Source: Sulfitobacter sp. (lineage in GTDB: Bacteria > Pseudomonadota > Alphaproteobacteria > Rhodobacterales > Rhodobacteraceae). Taken from it: a stretch of DNA of 64,000 nucleotides. The DNA lies in the NCBI GenBank assembly GCA_039986635.1, contig JBDWQI010000157.1:321609-385608 (forward strand), given 5' to 3'. The notes beneath the pieces were generated by a model, which made no database searches, had not been told where the DNA came from, and was given only the letters and a program-made list of their open reading frames with translations. Position numbers and translations under genes: made by a program. This document shows positions 9,006 through 19,610 of the stretch, one piece after another. Position 1 is the stretch's first letter; every line of letters starts with the position of its first letter.

Positions 9006-9841
9006 ACCTCGCCCTTTCCAGCGTCAGAGGCTTTTAGCGCACGGCGGCGATTGGCAATCAACGCGATGCATAAGAAGATGCCGATAATGAAAAGAGAGAA
9101 GACGGTCGTCAGCGTCCCCAACGCATAGAGAACGGGAGAGGTGACATTTGTGGTCATTCCGTAGATTTCAAGCGGCAGCGTATTGTAGCTGCCCGCCGTC
9201 AAAAGCGTACGCGCAAATTCATCATAGCTGAGCGTGAAGCCGAACAGCGCCACCCCGATCAGCGAGGGCGCGATGATCGGTAGCACCACATGGCGCAGAG
9301 TTTGCCAAGGGGTCGCGCCGAGGTCGCGGGCGGCTTCTTCATAGCTTTTGTCGAACCGGTTGAAGACGGCGAACATGATCAGAAGACCGAAGGGGAGCGT
9401 CCAGGTCAGTTGCGACCCGAAACCGGAGGTGGACCAATGTACGTTCAGGCCTGACTGCGAAAACAGCAACCCGACTCCTAGTGAGATCAGGATCGAGGGG
9501 ATCACCAGCGACGTGATGATCAGATAGAACAGGATGTTTGATCCCGGGAACTTGCGGCGAAACGCGAGGCCCCCCATCACCGACACCACGACGGTGACGA
9601 CCATCACCATCAGCCCAAGCATAAAGCTGCGGCGGAAACTCCCCCAGATGTCGCCGACCGCTTGTTGTTCAAACAGGTCATAGAACCAGTAGAGCGACAC
9701 GCCCCGCATCGGGAAGGTCAGCCCGCCACCCTCACCCTGAAACGACAGGATGCCAATGGTGATCGTCGGCCCATAGAGGAACAGGATGAAGAGCGCGAAG
9801 AAACCGCTGAGGACGTAAAAGGAACGAGGACGGGGCTCCAT
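9002..9841 (-). CDS. ABC permease (PotC-like)
   Basis: YEEAARDLGATPWQTLRHVVLP, FTLSYDEF. Confidence 0.9.
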   Translation of the reverse strand: MEPRPRSFYVLSGFFALFILFLYGPTITIGILSFQGEGGGLTFPMRGVSLYWFYDLFEQQAVGDIWGSFRRSFMLGLMVMVVTVVVSVMGGLAFRRKFPGSNILFYLIITSLVIPSILISLGVGLLFSQSGLNVHWSTSGFGSQLTWTLPFGLLIMFAVFNRFDKSYEEAARDLGATPWQTLRHVVLPIIAPSLIGVALFGFTLSYDEFARTLLTAGSYNTLPLEIYGMTTNVTSPVLYALGTLTTVFSLFIIGIFLCIALIANRRRALKASDAGKGEV

Positions 9842-9842
9842 C

Positions 9843-10703
9843 CTAAAGCTCCTTCCGGATGTCGACGAAACGCAACAGGACGCCGATGGTGATCAGTACC
9901 GTCAACAGCAATACAATCGCCGTGGCCGAGGCACTAGGGTATTGCAAGAGCGCGATATCATTTGAGATCAGACGACCGACATTTGCCGATTGAGAGCCGG
10001 ACATGAACCGTACCGTGATGAAGTCACCCATGACCAACGTGACCACAAAAATTGTCCCGATCATAATGCCGGGTTTGGTCAACGGGATGATAACGTTCCA
10101 GAGGATCTGCGCACCATTGGCACCTGCGTCCCGAGCGGCTTCGATCAGGGATTTGTCGATCCGCATCATGGTGTTGAAGATCGGCACAACCATGAACAAC
10201 GTGTAAAGATGCACGAAAGCAAGGATGACGGCAAAGTCCGAGAACAAAAGCCATTCAATTGGTTCTTCAATCACGCCCCATGACATGAGTGTCGAGTTGG
10301 CGATCCCGTTCCGCCCGAGAAACGGAATCCACGAAATCATCCGGATGATGTTGCTCGTCCAAAAGGGGATCGTGCACAGCAAGAACAGTGCAATTTGCCA
10401 TGTCAGGCTACGAATGTGAAAGGCCAGATAGTAAGCGACAGTGAATCCGATCAGCAGCGTACAGGCCCATGTGATCAGCGCGTATTTGAAGGTGTTGAAA
10501 AAGACCGTGTAGGTCACCGGGGAGCCGAACAAGAATTCGTAATTGTCGAATTCAAATGCAGGGATGATCGAAAATTCTGTGGCCCGCCAAAAGCTGACGA
10601 TCACGATCAGAACAATGGGAAGCACCAGAAAAATCAGCAATACAGCGGCCAATGGCGAGACCATGAGCAAGCTGGATATGGCTGGATTGTTGCGAAGCTT
10701 CAT
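9843..10703 (-). CDS. ABC permease (PotB-like)
   Basis: IPFWTSNIIR, LIEAARDAGA...VIIPLTKPG; start placed at MKLRNN. Confidence 0.9.
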   Translation of the reverse strand: MKLRNNPAISSLLMVSPLAAVLLIFLVLPIVLIVIVSFWRATEFSIIPAFEFDNYEFLFGSPVTYTVFFNTFKYALITWACTLLIGFTVAYYLAFHIRSLTWQIALFLLCTIPFWTSNIIRMISWIPFLGRNGIANSTLMSWGVIEEPIEWLLFSDFAVILAFVHLYTLFMVVPIFNTMMRIDKSLIEAARDAGANGAQILWNVIIPLTKPGIMIGTIFVVTLVMGDFITVRFMSGSQSANVGRLISNDIALLQYPSASATAIVLLLTVLITIGVLLRFVDIRKEL

Positions 10704-10763
10704 TTGGGGGACTTCTTGAAATAGGAGGGGGTGCGCCACGTAGCGACGCACCCGGTATTGCGC

Positions 10764-12050
10764 TTAAGCGGCGATAAACTCGTTCCACTTGCGGACCATG
10801 TATTGGTTTTCGTCCATGACGGAGTTCCAGCACACAACAGAGCCCATCCGCTCCAGGAAACACCCGCCATCGCGGACCTCACCGGCACCAGCCAGCTTGT
10901 CCCCTGTTGGTGACAGGATGTCACCTTCGGCGGCTTTGCCTTCGTACCAGAAGCCCCATTCATCCGCAGACATGAACGCTTTGGAGGTTTCAGGCACAGC
11001 AGAGTAATAGCCCTGACGCATCAGGTAGCCACCAACCCAGCCGGACAGATACCAGTTGATATATTCATAGGCCGCCTCCAGCTCGATGCCGGAAAGGGCT
11101 GCCGAAATGCCCAAGCCGCCGCCCCAAGACCGATAGCCCTCTTCCAGCGGCTGGTAGACACATGGGATGCCTTGCGACTTAACGGCAGTAATCGCGGGGG
11201 ACCACATGGATTGGATTACGACCTCGCCAGAGGCCATCAGGTTGACGCTCTCATCAAACGATTTCCAGAAGGCGCGGAACTGGCCGTTTTTCTTGGCCTC
11301 AGTAAAGATCGCCATTGTCAGGTCGATCTCTTCTTTGGTCATGTTGCCTTTGTCGGGATAGGTGTATTCGCCCATGGATTCCACAACCATCGCCATGTCC
11401 ATGATCCCGATGGATGAAATATCAAGGATCGACGCTTTGCCCTTGAATTCAGGGTTCAACAGTTCGGACCAGTTGGTGATTGGACGACCAATCAGGTCAG
11501 GGCGGATGCCCAGCGTATCGGCGTTGTAGATCGTCGGGATCAGAGTCATCCAACCGGATTCTTCCGAGACGAAATCAGTGCCGTTTTGGCCAGAGGTGAA
11601 ACCAACTGTATGAGGTGCTGTGCCCTGCGCTACGGTGCTTGTCGGTGTCAAAAGACCGCTGCGGAAGGTGCCGGCGATCTTGTCGTAATTGTCAATCTTG
11701 GAGGTATCCATTGCCTGCAGGTTACCGGCGGCCCAGACCTTTTTACAGATGAAGTACTCGATGTCTGCAATGTCAAAGCTGTTAGGCTGCGTCGCGGCGC
11801 GCTGCGTGACACTGTCGGTATCAAGGGCGGTCATTTCGAGGGTGAAGCCAAGGTCTTCTTTTACCTTGTCGGCCACGTCATTGAGGTTCGACACGCCTGT
11901 GCCGAACTGGCGCAGTGTCACATCCTTGATGTTCTGCGCCCAGAGCATGGGTGCGCCAAGGGTCGTGGCACCAGCGGCGACGGCCGTCGACGCGGCTCGC
12001 TTCAGCAGGGTGCGGCGGCTCAGGCCATTGCGTTGTGTGAATTTTGTCAT
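10764..12050 (-). CDS. Tat-exported ABC substrate-binding protein (PotD/PotF-like superfamily)
   Basis: LSRRTLLK twin-arginine signal; QPNSFDIADIEY, YNADTLGIRPD, GEVVIQSMWSP. Confidence 0.85.
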   Translation of the reverse strand: MTKFTQRNGLSRRTLLKRAASTAVAAGATTLGAPMLWAQNIKDVTLRQFGTGVSNLNDVADKVKEDLGFTLEMTALDTDSVTQRAATQPNSFDIADIEYFICKKVWAAGNLQAMDTSKIDNYDKIAGTFRSGLLTPTSTVAQGTAPHTVGFTSGQNGTDFVSEESGWMTLIPTIYNADTLGIRPDLIGRPITNWSELLNPEFKGKASILDISSIGIMDMAMVVESMGEYTYPDKGNMTKEEIDLTMAIFTEAKKNGQFRAFWKSFDESVNLMASGEVVIQSMWSPAITAVKSQGIPCVYQPLEEGYRSWGGGLGISAALSGIELEAAYEYINWYLSGWVGGYLMRQGYYSAVPETSKAFMSADEWGFWYEGKAAEGDILSPTGDKLAGAGEVRDGGCFLERMGSVVCWNSVMDENQYMVRKWNEFIAA

Positions 12051-12102
12051 GTGGTCGTCTCCTTGTCAGGTAGGTCTTGGTTTAGAATAGAAGCGCCGCA
12101 GT

Positions 12103-13083
12103 TCATGCGGTCAGTTTGTGTTGATCATTGGCATCCCAGTACAGACCAATGCGGTCGCCCGGGTGGTGCGGGTTGGCAAAGAAGGAGCTGTCGGGGATCA
12201 GGGCCAGCAGCTCTTGATCGCCGGTGATGCGCGCGGATACCGTGACATGGGTGCCCTGATATTCGACAGAAGTGACATTGCCTTGGACCGCGCCGTCGGT
12301 CGGCGTGGTCAGCGAAATGGCATCTGTGCGGATCGCGAAATTCCCGTCCGGCAGGGCGACAACGTTATGCCCGCCCATAAACTGGGCGACGAACCGGGTT
12401 TTGGGGGCGTTGAAGACGTCGCGCGCAGGTCCAGCCTGCTCAATCACCGCATTGTTCATAACGATAATGTCGTCCGCCAAAGCCAGTGCTTCGTCTTGGC
12501 CATGGGTGACATGGATAAAGCTGATCCCCAATTCCTTTTGCAGCTTGCGCAACTCCCCACGCATGCGAATACGCAGGAACGGATCAAGGGCGGACAGCGG
12601 CTCATCCAGCAGCAAAACCTGTGGGCGAGTGATCAGGGCACGGGCCAGCGCAACGCGCTGCTGCTGGCCGCCGGAGAGCTGATCCGGCAAGCGATCTACA
12701 AGGTCCGTGAGGTCAACCAGCGCCAGCATCTCGCGCGCTTCAGCGTGTCGCTTGGCCGTGTCGACGCCTTTCATTTTCAGGCTAAAGGCGACGTTGTCGA
12801 GGACACTCAGATGGGGAAACAGCGCGTAGTTCTGGAACATCATTGCTGTGCCGCGCTGCGCAGGCGGCAGGTGCGAAATATCGCGGCCATCCAGAACGAT
12901 GGCCCCCTCACTGACGCTTTCATGCCCCGCAATCATCCGCAGCGTCGAAGACTTTCCGCAGCCTGACGGACCTAGCAGACAGGTGTAACTGTCAGATTTA
13001 AAACGGTAGCAAATGGCGTCCACAGCAACCGTTGCGCCGTAGCGCTTGGTGACTGATACCAATTCGAGATCCTGATTGCTCAC
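12103..13083 (-). CDS. ABC ATP-binding protein (PotA-like, TOBE C-terminus)
   Basis: GPSGCGKSS, LSGGQQQR, LLDEP, HVTH; GTG start after GAGGG. Confidence 0.92.
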   Translation of the reverse strand: MSNQDLELVSVTKRYGATVAVDAICYRFKSDSYTCLLGPSGCGKSSTLRMIAGHESVSEGAIVLDGRDISHLPPAQRGTAMMFQNYALFPHLSVLDNVAFSLKMKGVDTAKRHAEAREMLALVDLTDLVDRLPDQLSGGQQQRVALARALITRPQVLLLDEPLSALDPFLRIRMRGELRKLQKELGISFIHVTHGQDEALALADDIIVMNNAVIEQAGPARDVFNAPKTRFVAQFMGGHNVVALPDGNFAIRTDAISLTTPTDGAVQGNVTSVEYQGTHVTVSARITGDQELLALIPDSSFFANPHHPGDRIGLYWDANDQHKLTA

Positions 13084-13227
13084 AACGCCCTCATTCAAAG
13101 ATGGGACAAGCAGCGCGCCCAAGCGCATGAAGCACAATGAATTTCAGACTCGTTGACAGTCGATTCAAAGCAACGGCCCCGTATTTAGGCGTTCTCAACC
13201 CATAGTGATGAAATATTGCGCACAATG

Positions 13228-13237
13228 TTGTATACAA
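13228..13237. promoter_or_regulatory. GntR/FadR-type operator candidate
   Basis: Palindrome TTGTATACAA between the divergent ABC operon and the GntR gene. Confidence 0.55.
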
Positions 13238-13317
13238 TATATCCCAGCATCGTCAGCAATTCTGATTGGGTTGTGTCTCAAACTGGGTTCTGGCATTTCA
13301 CGGAGCAGGAGACCGCC

Positions 13318-14028
13318 ATGACGCTGACCACCTCTCATTCCTCTTCGGCCCCTGTCACTGCCGACACAGTTTCCAATGCAGTGTCGCAAGCCATACATGA
13401 ACATCGCTTGGCCCCCGGCACCAAATTGGGCGAAGATGAACTGTCGGATATTTACGAGGTGTCGCGTACCATTGTGCGCACGGCGCTCCAGTCGCTTGCG
13501 CATCAGCATATCATAGAGATCAAGCGCAACCGAGGGGCTTTTGTGGCTCAACCCAGTCTGACTGAAGCGCAAGAAGTCTTTGAAGCCCGTGAATTGTTAG
13601 AGCCGCGAACAGCACGTCGTGCTGCACAAAAGGCCACTGCGAAGGATGTCGCGCTGCTCAAAGATCACATCACGCAAGAACACGCTGCTCTCAATGCCGG
13701 CGATCGTGGGCGTGCCTTATCTCTGTCCGGCAAATTCCACGTCGAAATCGCGCGGATTGCGCAACACAAAACCATCGCAGATATGATCAACGTCTTGGTC
13801 GCGCGGTCTTCGCTGATCATTGCGCTTTACTGGCGACGCGAAAGCGCCATATGCGAAAGCCAAGCGCACCATGCTTTGATCAACGCAATCGGAGACAATG
13901 ATGGGGCGCGTGCGGAAGAGTTAATGCAAAGGCATCTTGTCGATCTGCATTCCGCGCTTAACCTCAAAGAATCGCCAGCGGTGGAACAGGATCTAAGAAC
14001 CATGCTTTTGGGCAATCGAGAACGTTGA
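13318..14028 (+). CDS. GntR (FadR/FCD) transcriptional regulator
   Basis: LAPGTKLGEDELSDIYEVSRTIVRTAL...RNRGAFV; FCD domain with FH and H residues; RBS CAGGAG. Confidence 0.9.
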   Translation: MTLTTSHSSSAPVTADTVSNAVSQAIHEHRLAPGTKLGEDELSDIYEVSRTIVRTALQSLAHQHIIEIKRNRGAFVAQPSLTEAQEVFEARELLEPRTARRAAQKATAKDVALLKDHITQEHAALNAGDRGRALSLSGKFHVEIARIAQHKTIADMINVLVARSSLIIALYWRRESAICESQAHHALINAIGDNDGARAEELMQRHLVDLHSALNLKESPAVEQDLRTMLLGNRER

Positions 14029-14413
14029 ATCCTGTTTTCGAATTCTGATCCCTCCAAATATTTCCCTTTGCCGGTTTGTCGTGAACATCGTCAATGCGGA
14101 CTAAAGGTCAAGCATGGCAACTGAATGCCAAATGACTGACAAGGGCGGTGATTTCAGCCGCCATTTTGCCGGTTTCCCGAAACAGGACTTTGGCCTCAAT
14201 GCGGAAATTCGGCTCTTCGGTAACCTTCGCCGCGATTTGCACGAAGGCCAGCTTTACCAAATTTCACAATTTGGGTCAGTCTTGTGACGTGAAAGTCAAA
14301 GTTATCTGACGTTCTAAAGCAAGAGACATTTTGCGAGGGATGGCTTGGACGTTCCGTTTCGCTTTCTTTAGAGACGGTGCGATCTTTGCGTCGGGTCGCG
14401 CTTTTGTTGTGGT

Positions 14414-15235
14414 TCAGCGGCGCGGTTTTGTCGGGCGATTGCGGGACGAACGTTGCACGGTTTTGGGTTTTTTGGCGGCGGTTCCGCTGTCGTCTTCCAG
14501 TTCAAGGCCAAGTTGGTCGCGCACGACCTTGCGGCGCAGTTCTTCGACCTCACCTTGTTTGAGTTCACCCAACTGAAACGGCCCATAGCTGACGCGGATC
14601 AGGCGGTTCACGCTGAGGTTGACGGCATCCATCGCACGGCGGATTTCGCGGTTTTTGCCTTCGCGCAGACCCACGGTGAGCCAGGCATTCGCGCCTTGCT
14701 GGCGGTCTATTGAAACGGTCATCGGCTGAAAGCGCTCCCCTTCGACGGTGATGCCCTGCCGCAGGGGCGCCAACACATCATCGGTGGGTCGCCCGTTCAC
14801 GCGCACCCGGTAGCGGCGCAACCAGCCGGTGCTGGGCAATTCCAATTTGCGTTTGATGCCGCCGTCATTGGTCAGCAACAGCAAGCCTTCGGAATTAAGA
14901 TCAAGCCGTCCGATGGTCATCACCCGCGGCATGTCTGCGGGCAAGGCATCAAAGATCGTCTCGCGGCCCTTTTCATCGCGCGTTGTGCTCACCAGCCCGG
15001 TAGGTTTGTGATAAAGCCACATGCGCGCGGGCTCTGGTTCAGTCACAGGTTTGCCATCAACGGTAATTTTGTCTTTGTCGGTGACGTTCAGCGCCGGAGA
15101 GCTGATTTGTTTGCCGTTCACGTTGACGCGGCCTGCTTCGATCATGCGTTCTGCTTCGCGACGAGAGGCGATGCCTGCGCGAGAGAGAACTTTGGCGATG
15201 CGGTCCCCGGCGGGGGATTTGGGTGTATCTGTCAT
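14414..15235 (-). CDS. rluB: S4-domain pseudouridine synthase (RluB/RsuA family)
   Basis: RIAKVLSRAGIASRREAE, YHKP.G, IGRLDLNSEGLLL, EGKNREIRR. Confidence 0.88.
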   Translation of the reverse strand: MTDTPKSPAGDRIAKVLSRAGIASRREAERMIEAGRVNVNGKQISSPALNVTDKDKITVDGKPVTEPEPARMWLYHKPTGLVSTTRDEKGRETIFDALPADMPRVMTIGRLDLNSEGLLLLTNDGGIKRKLELPSTGWLRRYRVRVNGRPTDDVLAPLRQGITVEGERFQPMTVSIDRQQGANAWLTVGLREGKNREIRRAMDAVNLSVNRLIRVSYGPFQLGELKQGEVEELRRKVVRDQLGLELEDDSGTAAKKPKTVQRSSRNRPTKPRR

Positions 15236-15297
15236 AGGGGGGCCTTAGCGGCTTTGGCGGGCTTGCGAAAGGGCGGCGTTTGCGGTCCTTTGGAGAA

Positions 15298-15753
15298 ATG
15301 ACTTTTCGATCTTTCATGAATGTTGCGCTGAAAGAGGCGCGCGCGGCGGGCGAGCGGGGCGAAGTGCCGGTGGGGGCGGTTGTTGTTGACCGCTCTGGCA
15401 GGGTGGTCGCGCAGGCCGGAAACCGGACCCGCGAATTGCACGACCCCACAGCCCATGCGGAGGTTTTGGCGATCCGTGCGGCCTGTGCTGTGCAGGGATC
15501 GGAGCGGCTGATCGGGCACGATCTTTATGTAACGCTTGAGCCCTGCGCGATGTGTGCCGCGGCCATTGCGGCTGCGCGGGTGGGGCGGTTGTATTATGGG
15601 GCATCCGACCCCAAATCAGGGGGGGTTGCGCAAGGGGCGAGGGTGTTTGCCCATCCACAGTGTCATCACGTCCCTGAGGTGTTTGACGGCATTGCGGCAA
15701 CCGATGCAGAGCAGATGTTAAAAGCATTTTTTGCCGAAAAAAGAAAAGGATAG
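15298..15753 (+). CDS. tadA: tRNA adenosine deaminase / nucleoside deaminase
   Basis: GEVPVGAV, DPTAHAE, TLEPCAMC, DPKSG. Confidence 0.88.
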   Translation: MTFRSFMNVALKEARAAGERGEVPVGAVVVDRSGRVVAQAGNRTRELHDPTAHAEVLAIRAACAVQGSERLIGHDLYVTLEPCAMCAAAIAAARVGRLYYGASDPKSGGVAQGARVFAHPQCHHVPEVFDGIAATDAEQMLKAFFAEKRKG

Positions 15754-15758
15754 CAGGT

Positions 15759-16379
15759 ATGGCAGTGAATAAGGAATTGTCACGGTTCACGCGGGATGCG
15801 TTGATTGCAGGCAAAACACGTGAAGACATCGCCACAGCGCTTGCAGAATCTGGGTGGAGCGCGACAGAGGTAACGGATGCGCTTGCCGCATATGCGCAAA
15901 CGCCGTTTTCGCCGCCCGTACCGCGCCCGCAATCCACAGTTTCGGCGCGAGATTTCTTTATCTACACGCTGACATTTGGCGTTTTGATTTTTGGCGCCTG
16001 TTATGTGGTGGTCTTGCTACATGCATTGATAGATCGATGGATGGACGATGAGGGTCTCCGCAACCTTCGAACCATTAGGTGGGCAATGGCGGTTCTGATT
16101 GTAACAACGCCGATCTATCTTTGGTTAACCTACAGGGATCATCGAAAGATGGCATTGGACCCAGCATTATCGCGGTCTGCCATTCGGCGGTGGTTGATAT
16201 ATCTGACGTTGCTGGCGACCTCTTCGGTGATGTTGGGAAATCTGGTGGCGGTGATCTATGCGTTCTTGAACGGAGACTTTACGCTGCAGTTTTTGGCCAA
16301 ATCTTTGGTGGTTGCTTTGGTGGCTAGCGGGGTCTTTGTGTTTTATCTTGCGGATGTACGCAAAGGGGATGCAGGTTGA
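15759..16379 (+). CDS. DUF5671-like membrane protein
   Basis: N-terminal G..REDI..AL...GWS..EV, SARDFF.Y, SAIRRWLIYLTL, four TM segments. Confidence 0.65.
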   Translation: MAVNKELSRFTRDALIAGKTREDIATALAESGWSATEVTDALAAYAQTPFSPPVPRPQSTVSARDFFIYTLTFGVLIFGACYVVVLLHALIDRWMDDEGLRNLRTIRWAMAVLIVTTPIYLWLTYRDHRKMALDPALSRSAIRRWLIYLTLLATSSVMLGNLVAVIYAFLNGDFTLQFLAKSLVVALVASGVFVFYLADVRKGDAG

Positions 16380-16789
16380 ATAAGCTTTTGTTGTTGGTGT
16401 TGCTTACATTGGTCAGCACAGCGCTTGTTGGCGGGTATATGGCGGTTGGCGGGCCGCAATACGCAAGGTTTATGAAGGATGACATTAAACGGTTGCAACA
16501 TTTGCATGATTTTGGGCGCTATTACAGCTGTCATGCAGATGCGGCGCCATCTTTGGACAATAGATGTTCAACGCAGAGAAGATTGCCCAAGCATGTCGAT
16601 CCAGTGACAGGGGAGGCCTATCGCTATACCCGCGTCGATGAAAATACTCTGGACGTCTGCGCGCAATTTCAGACTGCAACGGACCGCTCTGAGCTTAAGA
16701 GGCGCTTTAGGGACCTTCACTTTGAGGGGGATGAAGGCTGTATCCGGTATCAACGTCGAGGGAACAAGAACACTTGGTTCCTCCGATGA
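16376..16789 (+). CDS. Hypothetical single-TM protein coupled to the DUF5671 gene
   Basis: TTGA overlap; N-terminal TM; DPVTGEAYRY...CAQF motif. Confidence 0.6.
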   Translation: MNKLLLLVLLTLVSTALVGGYMAVGGPQYARFMKDDIKRLQHLHDFGRYYSCHADAAPSLDNRCSTQRRLPKHVDPVTGEAYRYTRVDENTLDVCAQFQTATDRSELKRRFRDLHFEGDEGCIRYQRRGNKNTWFLR

Positions 16790-16879
16790 GGATTGCGGCC
16801 TGCGCATTTGGGCGGGCCGCAGTGACATTTGAGCGATCGTGCAGCCTTTTGAAAGGGACCAATCAATGGGGACCTGACC

Positions 16880-17575
16880 CTAAAAGGTGAGGGGCGTCAG
16901 GACCTCAGGCTCGACCACATCCACCCCGGGCAAGCCTTCTGCCAAAACAGCGGCGGATTGTTCCAGCAGCGGAAAGGTGCGGTAGTGGCAGGGGATCACG
17001 GTTTTGAAATCGAAATAGCGTATTGCGGCATAGGCGGCTTCGGCCATGCCCATGGTATAATGCCCCCCTGCGGACAAGATGCCGATGTTGGGTTTGTAAA
17101 AGTCGCCGATCCAATCCATGTCGGCCATGATCCCCGTGTCACCTGAGATATAGATCGTCTGGCCTTCACCGCGCAGGATAAATCCGTTTTCGGTTCCCAT
17201 ATAGCGGCGCACGTCTCCAACCTCGGCGCTTGAGGAATGTGATGCAGGTACCATGCTGGCGGTTGCTGTTTCCCCAAGAGGGATGGTGCCGCCCATGTTA
17301 TATGCGGCCCCTTCTACCGCTCCCTGAGCGGCCAGAAACTGCGCCAGTTCGTACATGCCTGATACGGGTGCGCCGGTTTCCTTGGAGATCGCAACAACAT
17401 CTGTGATGTGATCGAAATGCGCATGGGTCACCAAAATCTGTGTGGCGCCTGTAATGGCGGCGCTGTGTTGATCCGGGGACAAGGTGGGATTGCCGGTCAG
17501 CCATGGGTCCACCAGAACCACTTGATCTTCGATTTCAAAACGGAATGAGCCGTGGCCAAGCCAGATGATCTTCAT
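16880..17575 (-). CDS. Metal-dependent hydrolase, metallo-beta-lactamase fold (UPF0173)
   Basis: WLGHGSF, THAHFDH, SGDTG, IPCHY. Confidence 0.9.
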   Translation of the reverse strand: MKIIWLGHGSFRFEIEDQVVLVDPWLTGNPTLSPDQHSAAITGATQILVTHAHFDHITDVVAISKETGAPVSGMYELAQFLAAQGAVEGAAYNMGGTIPLGETATASMVPASHSSSAEVGDVRRYMGTENGFILRGEGQTIYISGDTGIMADMDWIGDFYKPNIGILSAGGHYTMGMAEAAYAAIRYFDFKTVIPCHYRTFPLLEQSAAVLAEGLPGVDVVEPEVLTPLTF

Positions 17576-17791
17576 TTGGTGTCTCCCTTAATAGCTTTGC
17601 CGCTATTCTAGAGCGGTGTTTCAGAAGGTCTATCCCTGGGATGGATGTGATGGGGCGCGCATTTTCACTTTGGGTCGACATTTTGCGGCCTGTGCAGCGG
17701 ATGGGTGTCAATTTCGAATATCGTTGCCCTTGCGAGGGGGGGCGGGGAACGGTATTGGGCAGATCAAACAAGATCAGTTGAGAGATGCCCC

Positions 17792-18079
17792 ATGTCCATT
17801 GATGAAAATACCGCCGCTCGGGTGGCGAAACTGGCCCGGATCAAAGTAGAACCAGAGGCCTTGCCCACGCTGGCACAAGAATTCAGCGGCATTTTGGGGT
17901 TCATTGAGCAACTGAGCGAAGTGGATGTCGAGGGCGTGGAGCCGATGACATCGGTTACACCACAGCGATTGAAACGGCGCGAAGACGTGGTGACGGATGG
18001 CGATCAGCAAGAGAAAGTGCTGAAGAATGCGCCTGATGCGCGTGAAGGATTTTTTGCGGTGCCGAAGGTGGTTGAGTGA
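17792..18079 (+). CDS. gatC: Asp/Glu-tRNA amidotransferase subunit C
   Basis: VAKLARI...[13 protein letters not shown]...REDVV...NAP...FFAVPKVVE. Confidence 0.95.
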   Translation: MSIDENTAARVAKLARIKVEPEALPTLAQEFSGILGFIEQLSEVDVEGVEPMTSVTPQRLKRREDVVTDGDQQEKVLKNAPDAREGFFAVPKVVE

Positions 18080-19569
18080 TGAGCGATCTAAATAAACTGG
18101 GTCTGGCGCAGGCGCGTGATGCGCTGCGTGCGGGTGAAACAACGTCCAAAGAACTGACCGAGGCCTGCCTGTCAGCGATCGAAGGGGCCGGGGCGTTGAA
18201 TGCCTTTGTGCACAACACGTCCGAGCTGGCTCTGGCGCAGGCGGAACAGGCCGATGAGCGCTTGAAAAGCGGCGATGAGGCGCCGGCGATGTGTGGTTTG
18301 CCCATCGGCATCAAAGATCTGTTTTGCACCAAGGGCGTGCCCTCGCAGGCGGGCTCGCGCATCCTCGAAGGGTTTTTGCCCGAATACGAAAGCACCGTGA
18401 GCCAAAACCTTTTTGACAATGGCGCGGTGATGTTGGGCAAGCTGAACATGGATGAATTTGCCATGGGGTCGTCCAATGAAACATCCGTTTACGGCAATGC
18501 GGTCAACCCATGGCGGCGCGGCAATGACGCTTCAGCCTTGACGCCGGGAGGCTCCTCTGGTGGGTCGGCGTCCGCTGTGGCTGCGGATTTGTGTCTGGCA
18601 GCAACGGGCACTGATACCGGCGGTTCCATTCGCCAACCCGCGGCTTTTACCGGCATCACCGGGATCAAACCAACTTATGGTCGGTGTTCGCGTTGGGGGA
18701 TTGTGGCCTTTGCATCCTCGCTTGATCAAGCAGGGCCCATGACCAAATCCGTACGCGATGCGGCGATCATGTTGGAAGCCATGTGTGGCCATGACCCCAA
18801 AGACAGCACCTCTGCTGACCTTGCAGTACCAAACTTTGAAGCGGCGCTGACGGGCGATGTTCGGGGCAAGAAAATCGGCATTCCCAAAGAATACCGCATG
18901 GACGGCATGCCAGAAGAGATCGAGACCTTATGGGCCGACGGCATCGCAATGATGAAAGACGCTGGTGCTGAGATCGTTGATATCTCTTTGCCACACACCA
19001 AATACGCTTTGCCTGCCTATTACGTGATCGCCCCGGCTGAGGCATCATCCAACCTCGCGCGCTATGACGGGGTGCGCTATGGCCACCGCGCGACGCTGGA
19101 TCAGGGGGATGGCATTACCGAAATGTACGAAAAAACCCGGGCTCAGGGTTTTGGTCACGAGGTTCAGCGCCGGGTAATGATCGGGACCTATGTGCTTTCT
19201 GCCGGGTTTTATGACGCTTATTATAACCGCGCCCGCAAGGTTCGCACCCTGATCAAGAAAGACTTCGAAGAGGTCTTTGCTCAAGGGATAGACAGCATTT
19301 TGACCCCCGCAACCCCATCTGCCGCCTTTGGGCTGGGGGAAATGGCAGATGCAGATCCGGTGCAGATGTATCTGAATGATGTGTTTACGGTGACGGTCAA
19401 CCTTGCTGGCCTGCCGGGTATTGCGGTGCCAACAGGTACAGATCGTCAAGGCCTGCCCTTGGGGCTGCAACTGATTGGGCGTCCATGGGAAGAAGCCGAG
19501 TTGCTGTCTTCCGCTTATGCGCTTGAACAGGCGGCGGGGTTTGTAGCCAAACCCGAGAAATGGTGGTAA
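18079..19569 (+). CDS. gatA: Asp/Glu-tRNA amidotransferase subunit A
   Basis: [50 protein letters not shown]. Confidence 0.97.
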   Translation: MSDLNKLGLAQARDALRAGETTSKELTEACLSAIEGAGALNAFVHNTSELALAQAEQADERLKSGDEAPAMCGLPIGIKDLFCTKGVPSQAGSRILEGFLPEYESTVSQNLFDNGAVMLGKLNMDEFAMGSSNETSVYGNAVNPWRRGNDASALTPGGSSGGSASAVAADLCLAATGTDTGGSIRQPAAFTGITGIKPTYGRCSRWGIVAFASSLDQAGPMTKSVRDAAIMLEAMCGHDPKDSTSADLAVPNFEAALTGDVRGKKIGIPKEYRMDGMPEEIETLWADGIAMMKDAGAEIVDISLPHTKYALPAYYVIAPAEASSNLARYDGVRYGHRATLDQGDGITEMYEKTRAQGFGHEVQRRVMIGTYVLSAGFYDAYYNRARKVRTLIKKDFEEVFAQGIDSILTPATPSAAFGLGEMADADPVQMYLNDVFTVTVNLAGLPGIAVPTGTDRQGLPLGLQLIGRPWEEAELLSSAYALEQAAGFVAKPEKWW

Positions 19570-19610
19570 ATAGGGCTTAATAAAACCGTCAAAAAGACAA
19601 AGCAGGTTCC

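Noticed and set aside
12118-12966. Long antisense ORFs (also 4445-5197, 34857-35660, 37357-38046 and others)
   Set aside because: Expected shadows of GC-rich coding genes on the opposite strand; no independent motifs
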